A stretch of 47,591 bases of DNA from NCBI GenBank assembly GCA_003427395.1, contig BFEA01000015.1, positions 4,478,898 to 4,526,488 of the forward strand. The letters are read 5' to 3'. This DNA is from Chara braunii (Eukaryota > Plantae > Charophyceae). The translations under genes and the position numbers were made by a program. Under the pieces are notes generated by a model. That model saw only the letters and a program-made list of their open reading frames with translations. It was not told the origin of the DNA and did not search any database. Positions 1 through 11,224 of the stretch are shown piece by piece; positions within the stretch are counted from its first letter, which is position 1, and each line of letters opens with the position of its first letter.

Positions 1-405
1 GTGCAGCCTTTTTTTTTTGCGCGGGGACTTGGAAAAGTATGGGGTTGGAATTCAAATTCTTAGCGCCTCCCCCCTGGAGGGCATCTCAGGAAGATGCATC
101 CCCCACAGAAGGGCAAATCGGACAGGAAGCAGGGGAAATAGGACCCCCGGTCCAGTAGGGGCATTCCAAAAAGTTGTGCCCCTCACTGACAGGGGCCTGT
201 TCAAAAGTTCAGAGGCCCAGTGGCAAATCAGGGTAAGTCGGCCGTCGGAGGGGCAATTCGCAAATTAATGCAAACTTCAGGGGCATTTCGAAAATTTTCC
301 CTTTTTTTTTTGGAAAATGGCCTGGCCCGTGTATCTCGTTGGGCCCCTGTATCCCGGTTGCCCAAAAAAAAGAAAAGCTCGTGGCCCCCTGTATCCCGGT
401 TGCCC

Positions 406-550
406 AAAAAAAAGAAAAGCTCGTGGCGCTGTATCTTTCCATGTTCTAGCCAAGATTCACTCTCGTTTTGCACATTTCTATCGTGGAAACTGAGAGTGAA
501 TCTTCGGCTAGATCATGGAACGATACAGCGCCACGAGCTTTTCTTTTTTT
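406..550. repeat. ~59-bp-arm foldback inverted repeat, preceded by a ~41-bp tandem duplication (342-423)
   Basis: 406-464 (AAAAAAAAGAAAAGCTCGTGGCGCTGTATC...GATTCACTCTC) is the near-exact reverse complement of 492-550, with a 27-nt loop. Confidence 0.85.
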
Positions 551-798
551 CTTCTTGTTTCTTTTTTCTTTTTTTGGAAAAGGGCCTGGCCCTCCGACGT
601 GGATGACTAGACTGCAGTTAGAAACTCTGCCCTGCGACAGGCACGCGACCTAGGAGTTTGGACTGCAGTGTAAACTTGAGAGGAGACTGGACTCCAAAAC
701 GGCAGTTTGAAACGTATTTTCAAACTCTAACCCTGACAGCGCCCTAGTTTTCTCTTTTTTTTCCGTTTCTTGCACCGTGCGGCGAGGCCCCAAGTGTT

Positions 799-1080
799 TT
801 ACCATCTGAAGGGAGGGGGATCCAACTGGAAAAGGGAGCGTCTGTACCATAATGTTGACAAGACCGCATTATTGATGACTATTGCTCTCCCAAACAAACT
901 AGTACCTTTGTGTGTGGTCCACGGTAGCAGCGCCGTGCGCAGTCGGTGAAGTGACTGTGACGAGTCATGCATTTGTTGCGGGTCAAATGATAGACTATGT
1001 CCTAGCAGACGTTCGTGTTCCGATGGAATAACTACTCGAAGGCCCCAATGGTAAGGGGGTTGTGACCCCGGGGGTATCAA
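799..1080 (-). pseudogene. L1/Tx1-like LINE ORF2 fragment (post-RT region)
   Basis: Translation contains 'TSLFGRAIVINNAVLSTLWY', matching the LSxxGRxxLIxxVLxSxxxY motif that follows the RT domain in L1-clade ORF2. Confidence 0.7.
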
Positions 1081-1296
1081 ATGTTATTTACAATTTCATA
1101 TTTAAACCCCCTAGGGATTGGCGGGGGGGGGGGGGGGGGGGGGGAGAAGAAAAGGGTAATGGACTTGAAATATCATTATTGAACTCATAGGCCCTCAGGG
1201 GTGTACCAACTGAGCTAGGCACCTGCTGGTCCTAGGGATGTTTCACACCTCTCCTGACAGAGCTGAAGGCTACAACCGCCAAAAAGGGGGCAGTAA

Positions 1297-1674
1297 GGGC
1301 CTACTCACACCATAGGCTTGTTTGGGCAAAATTGCAAAATTCGCTGTAGTAGTTTTCGCAGTCCCACTTTGCCTACCCTCCAGCAATTGATGTGGCAAAT
1401 GTCAGCGGCCTCCCGGGCCGAGGGGCTGAGCAATTTGCCACCACCTCTGGAGGTGTCGGCAAATTTATTTTTTTGCCGTTTCTGTGAGCTCACAGGAGAA
1501 TTGCCAGCATCCCTCAACTACTTTTGCTGTGTGACAGTACTAGTGGGCAGTTTTGCAAATGGCAGGGAGTTGGGGCATTGTCTTTTCCAATTCGCTAGCC
1601 CTGTGCAAATTTTGTCGCATACAGCTCCGACTGCGGGACGCAGCAAAATGGCAACCACGGACACACACACACAN

Positions 1675-1714
<40 letters not shown>

Positions 1715-2180
1715 ACTCACAGGGACACTGGACCAACATGTGACAGAGGGGCTGCAGATGCCCGGAGCTGAGCTTGGGCCAAATAAGCTATAAGATAGGG
1801 GGTCATAACAGACGAATTTCCAGCTGGGGGCTGGGTCAGTAGGAAGTAGGGAGCTCTACAAGTAGGGAGCCTAAGGTGAATGAAGCAGCTCAGAGGGGAA
1901 GATGGTGCTCCAGGAAACGAACTGACATGGCCATGGTCCCAATAAACACTCAGGCTGTACTCAGAAGATGTATCCAATGGGATGCTGTGGCCGATTTCCA
2001 GCAGGTGTCGCTCCCCACCAATAGATGGAGCAGCCCGACAGGCAAAGGCTCAATTATCCCGGCTTGGTTCTCTTACAGCCACTAGAGGTGTTGCAGAAGG
2101 GGCCCTTTTTTTTTTTTTTTTTTTTTTTTTGGGCAAATGCGGCAAATTTGCTGTTTTGATACCCGTGTGTGAGTATGCCC
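1297..2180. mobile_element. Tourist-like (PIF/Harbinger) MITE
   Basis: TIRs GGGCCTACTCACAC (1297-) and GTGTGAGTATGCCC (-2180) differ by 1 mismatch. TAA is duplicated at 1294-1296 and 2181-2183. Confidence 0.8.
1713..2105 (+). mobile_element. LINE 3'-UTR-like fragment inside the MITE
   Basis: 1995-2031 is the reverse complement of the GCTCCATCTATTGGTGGGGA..CACCTGCTGGAAA block in both LINE 3' UTRs (6675-6714, 13891-13930). Boundaries are approximate. Confidence 0.5.
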
Positions 2181-3024
2181 TAACACATGGATTTGTTCAT
2201 TTCTGACCCTGGATTATGAGTATCAACCGTCAGAAATGGATAATCCGGGCAGGTGGGACCTCGCCCCAGGAATGTAAAGAGACTTCAGTTTACCAACGGG
2301 CCTAGCTCAGTTGGGACCCAAAAAACAAAAACAAAAAAAAACGGTGGACGTGGCAGGTTTTGAGTTCGCAAAGGCAAAAAAAAACCGCGCCGGCAAAGAA
2401 AAGAGGTGCCGACTTCAAAACGACAATTTCAGTTGAAAAGTATCCGTTGGGTATTTTGTTTTTCTTTTTCTTTCCCCATCTGACACCATGGCCGACCCCT
2501 GTAAATATGACACCCAGCCCGACACCACGGCCGTTGGAACTATACTTCTTTTTCGAACTCGGCACCTGGTTTCTTTGCTGGCACATGTTTTGTTTTTTTT
2601 TCCCTTCTTCGCCACGTAGAGAAATGCGGTTGGTCCCCCCGAGTGGCATTGAGCAGAGACTGCTGATGTTCACAGGGGGAGGGGACCGGAGGGGAGGCAC
2701 AGTGACTGGCCCATCGAAGAAGCTCGGTCCTGATGCTACCGGCTGACCCCTGGCCGGTATCGCCCACCTGCTGTAGCAGGTATCGCACCTGCTGGTGGGT
2801 GCAGCTCCCGTTGGAGGCTTGAGCACTGATGTGGCTGCTACGGGGTTCCCCATAATACTATAATGACAATAAAAAAAAGCCTGAAAGGCCGTCTTGTCCA
2901 GATTTGACAGGTAATTGAATTGGTTGGGCTTAAAGAATTAGCCTTTTAATTAAAAATAAAATAAAATAGAATAGTTGGTACACAGTCCTCCCCAGAAATG
3001 TTTTCAAGATTTTCAGACCTGGGT

Positions 3025-3122
3025 CTACAGTCTTCCCCCGAATACAATGTACGGTCATTATAGCTGAAATTGGCTAAATTCAGCTATAATGACCGTAGGT
3101 TGTATTCGGCAGAAGACTGTAG
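3025..3122. repeat. ~45-bp-arm imperfect palindrome
   Basis: CTACAGTCTTC..CCGAATACAA..TACGGTCATTATAGCTGAA pairs with TTCAGCTATAATGACCGTA..TTGTATTCGG..GAAGACTGTAG. Confidence 0.85.
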
Positions 3123-3197
3123 GTTCCACTCACAACGTTCAGGTTAAAAAAAAAAAGAAAAAGAAAAAAAGAGAGATTTCAACCACGTGTGGCATGT

Positions 3198-3287
3198 GGG
3201 ACAGAGCCCTGCCTTCAATCTGCTGGAAATCCATAGGTGGTATGGGACAGAGCCCTGCCTTCAATCTGCTGGAAATCCATAGGTGGG
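3198..3287. repeat. ~46-bp tandem duplication
   Basis: TGGGACAGAGCCCTGCCTTCAATCTGCTGGAAATCCATAGGTGG occurs twice in tandem. Confidence 0.85.
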
Positions 3288-4609
3288 GTCCGTGGGGAGA
3301 TATTCAGCACAAATATATTAGGTGTGATCACTGTTATGTATTCAAAGTTCAAATTCATTTTGTAGATTTTTTTATCCATTGAAATCCATTTTCTTCCATT
3401 CTTTGGCCCTTTTTGTTTGACTGGGAAACGCGGTTTCCGGGGAACTAGCGGGCCTACTCGAGGTAAGGCAGCTACCTTCTGACCCTGAACAAAAACGTAC
3501 GTACGTTCTATTCGAACTACCTTCGGGAACCGGACTTTTAGATATGGCTCTTTCTATTTTTTCAAATAGAACGTACGGTCAAATACAATGTACGCACATT
3601 GTATTCGAAGTCTGTGGCATTTGAGACATTTTTCACTACTTTAAAAAGCGCTAAAAAAAAAAAAAAAAAAGTAAAAACAGTCGAAGAACAATGCAATACG
3701 AACATCTTTTGCCTGAGAGTATTGTTGAAATTTGCTACCAAATTTGGGGGGGAGGGGGAGGGGGAGGGGGAGGGGGAGGAGGGGGGTGGGAGGGAAACAG
3801 AGTAGAACCTTCAGGTCTCTGTTTTTTGTTTTGTGTCACCGAAATCAGCATATATTTCCCATCGAAGAGATGAGAACGGGGTCCTCGGTCTACCTGGGAG
3901 TGAACTTGATGGGAGCATTACCCAGTTTTGCTTACAGGTACCGACTGAGCCCCTGAGGGGATCAACCCCCTCCTAAAAAAATGCAACACAGTCTAACAGG
4001 CATAGGGTCTCGTTCTACACCACTAGAGAACCCTAGAGTCTCAAGTGCGCCCTAATCCCGAAATCATGATTAAAAAATACTTACAGCAATCTTCGTTCCA
4101 TGTGCACTTGAGAAAATACTAGAGACGCCACCACTAGAGACGGCCGCGGGGGCTGACAGTCGCGGCCTGGCGGTTGAGGTCCTCGGCGGGTCATCCCTAA
4201 TGGGCGCGTGGTTTAGAAAAATGTTCGGGCCTGGGGCGGCGCGAGGGACAATTGCGGGCCGGCAGGTTCGCGCCATTGTTTGAAAATGCGAATATCGGTG
4301 TCCCGTGTCCCGGCGGTAACGCCCGATGGAGGGGGTGGGTCCTGCACACGAGCGAGGCTCAAGTAGGCCGTGCACGTCGTCTCTTCCGCGAAGTGATGTC
4401 CATCACGGGGAAAGCAGCAGCATTGGCGTGTGGCGTGGCGACGAGGTCCCCTGCGCAGTCATTCACGGGAGTGGTGAGGCCGCTGAGGCGGTGACGCGTA
4501 GGGAGTTGTCAGATAGGGAGAAGGGTTTGCTGGTGAGTGTGTTGACGGCGGTGTGCAGGCATATGGAATTCACGGCTGAGTTGCGGCGGCGTCCTTCGAT
4601 ACGTAGGTG

Positions 4610-4750
4610 AATAGCCATTTCGTCAAAACGGACATATTATATTTTTTGAACGAAATCAAAACTGACTTTTTTTGCCAAAATCCGGTCGGAATTTTTGGCT
4701 CTTGGGGCTGTCTCTTATACACATCTAGATGTGTATAAGAGACAGCTATA

Positions 4751-4826
<76 letters not shown>

Positions 4827-5038
4827 GTCTCTTATACACATCTAGATGNNNNNNNNNNNNNNNNNNNNNNTTTTTTGGTATCTGGTCTCAAGCTGAGACC
4901 AGATACATGTAGGGGGTCCGGCGTTTTGGGAACGCTGGACCCCCAGGAGCAAAAAATTCTGACCAGATTTTCGCAAAAAAAATCAGTTTTGATTTTGTTC
5001 AAAAAATATAATATGTCCGTTTTGACGAAATGGCTGTT
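4610..5038. mobile_element. MITE with ~95-bp TIRs and 4-bp TSD (GGTG)
   Basis: AATAGCCATTTCGTCAAAACGGACATATTATA... is inverted to ...TATAATATGTCCGTTTTGACGAAATGGCTGTT. GGTG lies at 4606-4609 and 5039-5042. Excision restores the frame IRR-W-K-MEAAMKQ. Confidence 0.85.
4708..4848. other. Nextera mate-pair junction adapter (Tn5 mosaic ends), assembly artefact
   Basis: Exact CTGTCTCTTATACACATCT-AGATGTGTATAAGAGACAG at 4708-4745 and a partial copy at 4825-4848 next to an N gap. Confidence 0.97.
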
Positions 5039-6380
5039 GGTGGAAGATGGAGGCAGCCATGAAACAGGCAATGGTGGAGCCGGCGACCTCCGGTGTTCTG
5101 TGGGACGCACCTTTCTTGATGGCGAACGCCATCATTGCCGATGTTCTCCCGCGTGAGAGTCCGAGTTGGTGGATACGAAGGAGGACGGTTACCGTAGGAA
5201 CGTGGGGGGACCTTTGCATATCAGATGCCGAAACATCGGAGTACTTCCACGAGAAGCTGAGGATGAGCAAGGACCTATGACATCATTGCCGCCTACAGCC
5301 CGTATCTTCAGCGGCAGCTGACTCATTACCGTGTTCCTCTCCAGCTGGACCACGTCGTAGCGTACGCACTTTACTGATGGGCTTTTGGGGAAACCTTCGA
5401 TGGCGGGATGTCCTCATTCGGGATCGGCAGAGCCACTGGCATCACTGCTGTACGGGACGTGACCAACGCTATTTTGTAAGCATACCCTGACAAGATAGCC
5501 ATGCCTACCGGACAAAGGCAGCGACAAGTTACACGTGCGTTCACGACGAAGGGCTTTCCAAACTGCTTCGGGGGCCATAGATTGCATGCATGTCTTTGTG
5601 CACAAGCCCGCGACAAGCCCGCGAACACACCGTCGAAGGACTGCTATAATCGGAAGCAACAATATTCAGTGCTCGCACAAGCGGTCGTCGATCTGGATCA
5701 GAGGGTGCTGGACGTCTTTATTGGATATCCCAACAGTGTGCACGACGCCAGGGTGTTGTGGAACTCGTCATTGTTCAAGCGGGCAGTAGCTGAAACTTTG
5801 TTCGGCGCCGAGCCCATCGTTCTTCCAGGAGGCGTTAGCACGAATGACTACCTTCTGGGTGACAACGGGTATGATTTGAAGACATGGATGGTGTCCCTTA
5901 CAGAGGAGTGGAGCAGCAATCGGATGTTGCCATATTCGATGGGAAGCAGAAGGCAACGAGGGGAGTGGTGGAGAGGGCATTTGGGTGGCTGAAAGGAATG
6001 TGGAGGTTATTCCTTCGCCACCACAAGACGAATATGGAAAACATGCCACAGTAGTTTCATGCCGTGTGCATCCTCCATAACTTGCTTATTGAGGTAGGAA
6101 TCGACTTCGACAAGAGGGTTCTTCTGGAGCGGGACGCGGACGGTAACGAGCGGATGGTGGACATGGGAATGTATCCGCCGGCAGCACCTGTGCAACAAAG
6201 ACGGGCAGACCCCGCAGCTCTCACCCTTAGGGATGCGCTCCGCGCATGTATGGCCATTTTACCCCGTTGAGAGAGNNNNNNNNNNNNNNNNNNNNNNNNN
6301 NNNNNNNNNNNNNNNNNNNNNNNNNNNNNNNNNNNNNNNNNNNNNNNNNNNNNNNNNNNNNNNNNNNNNNNNNNNNNNNN

Positions 6381-6471
<91 letters not shown>

Positions 6472-6585
6472 TGACAGTCAATCCTTCCCGCATTCGGGAA
6501 GCAATCAATGCTGCCTCCTCCTTCTAGGAATGCATTCCCATATCGATCCCCGGAGCCCATCCGCCGATCCAATGTATCATGACGC

Positions 6586-8940
6586 TTTTTTTTTTTTTTT
6601 TTTTTTCCCCAAAAAACTTCCCCCACTAGTGTTAGCGGTGCTGATAAGAGCAGACACCACTAGCACTTGGGGAGAGGCTCCATCTATTGGTGGGGAACGT
6701 CACCTGCTGGAAACTTGGTCCAGTGTCCCATATACAGAAAGAATTTAGATTGTCTAAGGAAGAAAAAATAAGGGGTTCCTGCCAGCATTGATTACCTTGG
6801 AATCTAGGGGATTGACTGAGCAGGCTATTGGGAAAGGGGAGTAAACCTCTTCACCCTGAAACGGGCGCCAGATATCTGCTATTCCAAAACTAGTCCCTCC
6901 CCCTCCCCTCCCACCCGTTAAGCACCCAAACTTTCTCTTTTGACTTAGTGTTATGCAGAGTCCATTCCGTACCACTTCGTTTCCACTAGACAATTAGATG
7001 GGGGGGGGAAGAAGTCCGGGAATGCTTCAGGGGGTTTCAATGGGATCGCTACATCCACTTTGGTCCATTCGTGGAACCTCAAATGATAGTCTCTTACTAA
7101 CTCTATTCCTTGTTGGTCCTCCCTTGGTATTGTGTATCCTCCATTCCATTCCACCAGGACCACCATTCCTATCCTTCCCCCGTTTGCACCCCCAAGCCAG
7201 CTGGAGCTAAATTCCTGGATTTTTTGTTTGATCTCTTTACGTAAGTTGAGAAATTGGATTTGTGCTCTGACTCCATTCCATTTTGCAGTTATTTCTGTCT
7301 GGAGCTGTTGCTGGACACTTTCTGTGAATTCGGGTCCTTCCAATCTCGCCCCCTCCATCTCGAAGGTGCAGCGTCGTCTCCAAAGTGCCTAGAGAATCGC
7401 CCGCCGTCCCATCCTGAACATATTTCCGGTAAATGCATCTATCTGGTCTAGCTGGTCTTTGGGCCAGGCTTCACACAATAAGGCTTTCCAGTCCCAGGGC
7501 CACTGGGCCTTTGTTCCTAGTTGTTCCCACACCCTGTCCCACCATCTCAACAGCCAGAGTGCACCTGGACATTGGAGGAATATATGTTCAATTGTTTCAG
7601 GTCGCCTCCGAGAAGGGAACGCGTTTGTGCACAACTTGCACCATGGGAGAGTCGCCCTTTTTGTTCCAGAGACGTTCTATCTATCAACCAGTTGTTTGTT
7701 GGAAGATAGCGGTGCTCTAGCTGCCATTGAAGTGAGGCCAGCTTGGCTGGCTTTGCCTTGGCCATCCTGAACCATCTAACTGATCTCAACTCCCCTTTGC
7801 TAATGTTTAGGTGGTCTTTCCACCGCGCCTCCACCTGGTCCCGTAGAGCAGCTTTTGGTCTTAGGAGCCTGTAGGCTGATTTGACTATTAGGGCATATAT
7901 GGACTTGGTGAATTTCTTGCCCTGCCTTTCTTGGGCTGACCATGACCACTCCAACGAGTCTAGGGCTAGACGATGAATAGGGGTACGGGGGTAGTAGGCT
8001 ATCCTTTGCTGACGTTCATGGAGTACTCTGATTCTGTATACCTCTTCTATTTGGCATGTTAACGCTTTGTCTGGTGAGCATTCTTGGATGACATTGTCTT
8101 ACCTCACTGGCGAGAGATGCACCACTACCGTTCCATCCGGGGGGCAGTGGACTACCCTGCCCACACATCCTTGCCGATTTCTAATAGCTACCCAGTTTGA
8201 TTCTTGCAAGGTTGGGCCCTTACGGAGTATTCTCCACCATGCTAGTGAGATCATTTCTATCAGCCTTTCCAGGGCTTCGTATGGTCGGTGGCAGTACGGC
8301 AGTCTCTCTCGTAGCTGGTCGGGTCCTATCCAGTCCTTTTTATCAGTGTCTCATATATCCTTTATCCTCATTATCCCTCTCTTGACCCAATTCTGCCAGG
8401 GGGAATCTGTGCAAGGGAGCATCTGGCCCTTCAAGTCCACCACCCATCTGTTTCCCAAAAGGGGTTGGCGTGCTACTTCCTCCCATCTTTCTGGTGCTGT
8501 CCTGTCTGGAAGGGGGAGACTTCTCCATGTTTTGAGGAGGGTGGGCCAGAAGGGATCATTGCGTACGTCCGCCCTGACTGCTTGCCTGGAGCAGTCAGGA
8601 CGGGGGTCCCGGGTCCTATCCGGTCCTTTTTATCAGTTTCTCATATATCCTTTATCCTTATTATCCCTCTCTTGACCCAATTCTGCCAGGGGGGATCTGT
8701 GCAAGGGAGCATCTGACCCTTCAAGTCCACCACCCATCTGTTTCCAAAAAGGGGTTAGCGTGCTACTTCCTCCCATCTTTCTGGCGCTGTCATGTCTGGA
8801 AGGGGGAGACTTCTCCATGTTTTGAGGAGGGTGGGCCAGAAGGGACCGTTGCGTATGTCCGCCCTGATTGCTTGCCTGGGGCAATCAGGATGCCTGGGGC
8901 AGTCAGGACCGCCCCAGGCAAGCAGTCAGGGCGGACATAC
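6586..8940 (-). mobile_element. 5'-truncated L1/Tx1-like LINE (ORF2 C-terminus with zf-RVT, 3' UTR, poly(A))
   Basis: Poly(T) at 6586-6606 is the minus-strand poly(A). Translations include 'WQLEHRYLPTN', 'ETIEHIFLQCP' (CCHC zinc finger) and 'QPLLGNRW...GIMRIKDI'. The ORF stops at 6951 and is frameshifted. Confidence 0.85.
8320..8890. repeat. 290-bp tandem duplication within the LINE
   Basis: GGGTCCTATCC... starts at 8321 and again at 8611, with high identity across the unit. Confidence 0.9.
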
Positions 8941-9511
8941 TGCCTCCACGGAGGCTGAATTTTGTTTGAAACGTGTTTTTTGTATGCATATTCGTTTTTG
9001 AATGTGGTTCTTTTGTCCGCTTCGTCGTTCCGCGATTTATGGAATGTCATTGTACATTAAATATACATTGCTTGATTTATGTACTACATTGGTTTTTGAA
9101 ACAGAAGTCGTAGTGGTTAGGAATCTGAGAGGTCATTAACAATGATGTGTGCAACTCATTGTCGTTATCCTACCTGAACGTTGGGGGCAATGCGATTGAA
9201 TAGACAAAAATTCGAGCACTTTTTTCACCTTCATTATGAGCAAATATAAAATGTTGAAATTACAATGTCATTTTTTTTTTCCACATTGAAATTTCTTCGA
9301 AATGAGGAGAAGTTTTTTAGCTAAAAAAAAAAAAGGATTTCAAGTTCTTTCTTTCATGATTGTACAAATGTTCTCATTCATCGCACAATAATCATTGGCT
9401 TTTATCAAAAGACGTTGGTATTCGGTTGCCGACACCATCACAACCATAACCCTAATTGCATACAATTTTGCTAAAGCACGTCAAGGGAGGGACAGACCCC
9501 TTATGAAACCT

Positions 9512-9641
9512 CAACTTCCTCTCTCGGTTGTAACAAGCACATAACACATGATGTCCTCGATCACCAAAGCTACTCCGCAATTCCATTGCAATTGACATTC
9601 TACACTTTGATTCCTTAAGAAAAAAATACATTGTCGCAGTC

Positions 9642-9730
<89 letters not shown>

Positions 9731-9880
9731 AATATATATATATATATATCAACTTCCTCTCTCGGTTGTAACAAGCACATAACACATGATGTCCTCGATC
9801 ACCAAAGCTACTCCGCAATTCCATTGCAATTGACATTCCACACTTTGATTCCTTAAGAAAAAAACACATTGTCACAGTCG

Positions 9881-9960
<80 letters not shown>
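9512..9960. repeat. ~135-bp direct duplication, each copy followed by (CT)n/(TA)n microsatellite
   Basis: CAACTTCCTCTCTCGGTTGTAACAAGC...CAGTCGTCT occurs at ~9512 and ~9750. Confidence 0.85.
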
Positions 9961-9965
<5 letters not shown>

Positions 9966-10497
9966 CGAAGACGTAAAACCGGTGCAAAAAAATAATAAAA
10001 ACAAAAACTCCGACATAGTCGCCATGTCCATCCCCTTCACCACACCTCAGGATTCGCCTTCATCGTCGGATTCTCCAAAGCACCTGTTGCCGTTGGAACC
10101 GCCGTCGTCATCAGTGGTCGGCAGAGACCAGAGATATCCATTTGGCTGTAGCTGCCCAACCGTCCACGGCTCTGCGTGTGTGTAGGTGGCAGCGATGGCT
10201 GCCCATCCCTACGGACCCACTGTCGGGTCCCCGCCCCATCCACCGTTGTGTTGGTCCGGCGCAGCCGGGTGCGGACCCCATCCGCCGCCTTCCACCATTA
10301 GCCCTTCGGTATGTGTCGTTGGTGACGGCGCTCCGATCATAGATGGGGCCGACTCCGCTCCTCCGGGTGTGGAGCCTGGAACTTGCCCCGCGCCTGCAGT
10401 CGGTGTGTTCGTGCTTGGCTGTGGGCCCTGCTCGACACTCGCACGTCCATTGTTGTCGCTCCCTGACATGGTTTAAGGGCAGACACCGCAAGTGGAT

Positions 10498-10579
<82 letters not shown>

Positions 10580-10639
10580 NNNNNNNNNNNNNNNNNNNNN
10601 NNNNNNNNNNNNNNNNNNNNNNNNNNNNNNNNNNNNNNN

Positions 10640-10714
<75 letters not shown>

Positions 10715-11224
10715 CGAACCTATCGCATGAGCTTCCGCAATCTGTGCAAGTGACGGGCCACCACTCAGCGTCGCCACGCAACAAAACCCACTCGTGTCGG
10801 GAGAACTCTCTCCACAACCCCTGCACGTGACGAGCTTATATCACATACGACGATACCCGTCGTCACGAAAAAAAAAGGTGAAATAAAAGCAATAAAAAAA
10901 CAATTCCACAAACAAACGCAACAACCGAGAGTGACACGACGAAAGTTGCACGTTGGACCCTGCGTCGCTGTGGAAGGAGAAGATCAGAACGCCATCGTGT
11001 CACTTCTCGCACATCCACGGAGTGCTCAGTTGGCGGTTTGCTTAACTGAACTCCATCCGGTCGACACTGACAATGTGTTTGCACCAAATTCCCTGGACTT
11101 GCGAGATGTGACAACCATCACAACCCCCCTGCCGCCCCACCAACCCTAGAATGAAACCCCCTCGACCTAGCCATTCCAGCCCCCTCGTGCACCATCACCC
11201 AAATAACCGTAGCGAAGGCCACGC

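Larger units (their letters stand above)
4326..6270 (+). pseudogene. PIF/Harbinger DDE transposase (HARBI1/DDE_Tnp_4-like), disrupted
   Basis: Motifs across frames: YFHEKLRMS, GAIDCMH, YNRKQQYS, SVHDARV, YLLGDNGY, VVERAFGWLKGMW, CILHN. It has in-frame stops, frameshifts and a MITE insertion at 4610-5038. Confidence 0.9.

Noticed and set aside
4603-5045. 9-bp Mutator-type TSD for the MITE
   Set aside because: The flanks do not match over 9 bp. The 4-bp GGTG duplication fits the TIR ends and restores the transposase frame.
4570-5156. ORFs containing AVSYTHLDVYKRQ, or a genuine Tn5 insertion
   Set aside because: The peptide is the translation of the Nextera adapter, a library artefact.
10209-10469. 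Third Harbinger gene (86-aa Gly/Pro-rich ORF)
   Set aside because: Short, low-complexity and next to a gap. It could be an exon but cannot be supported.
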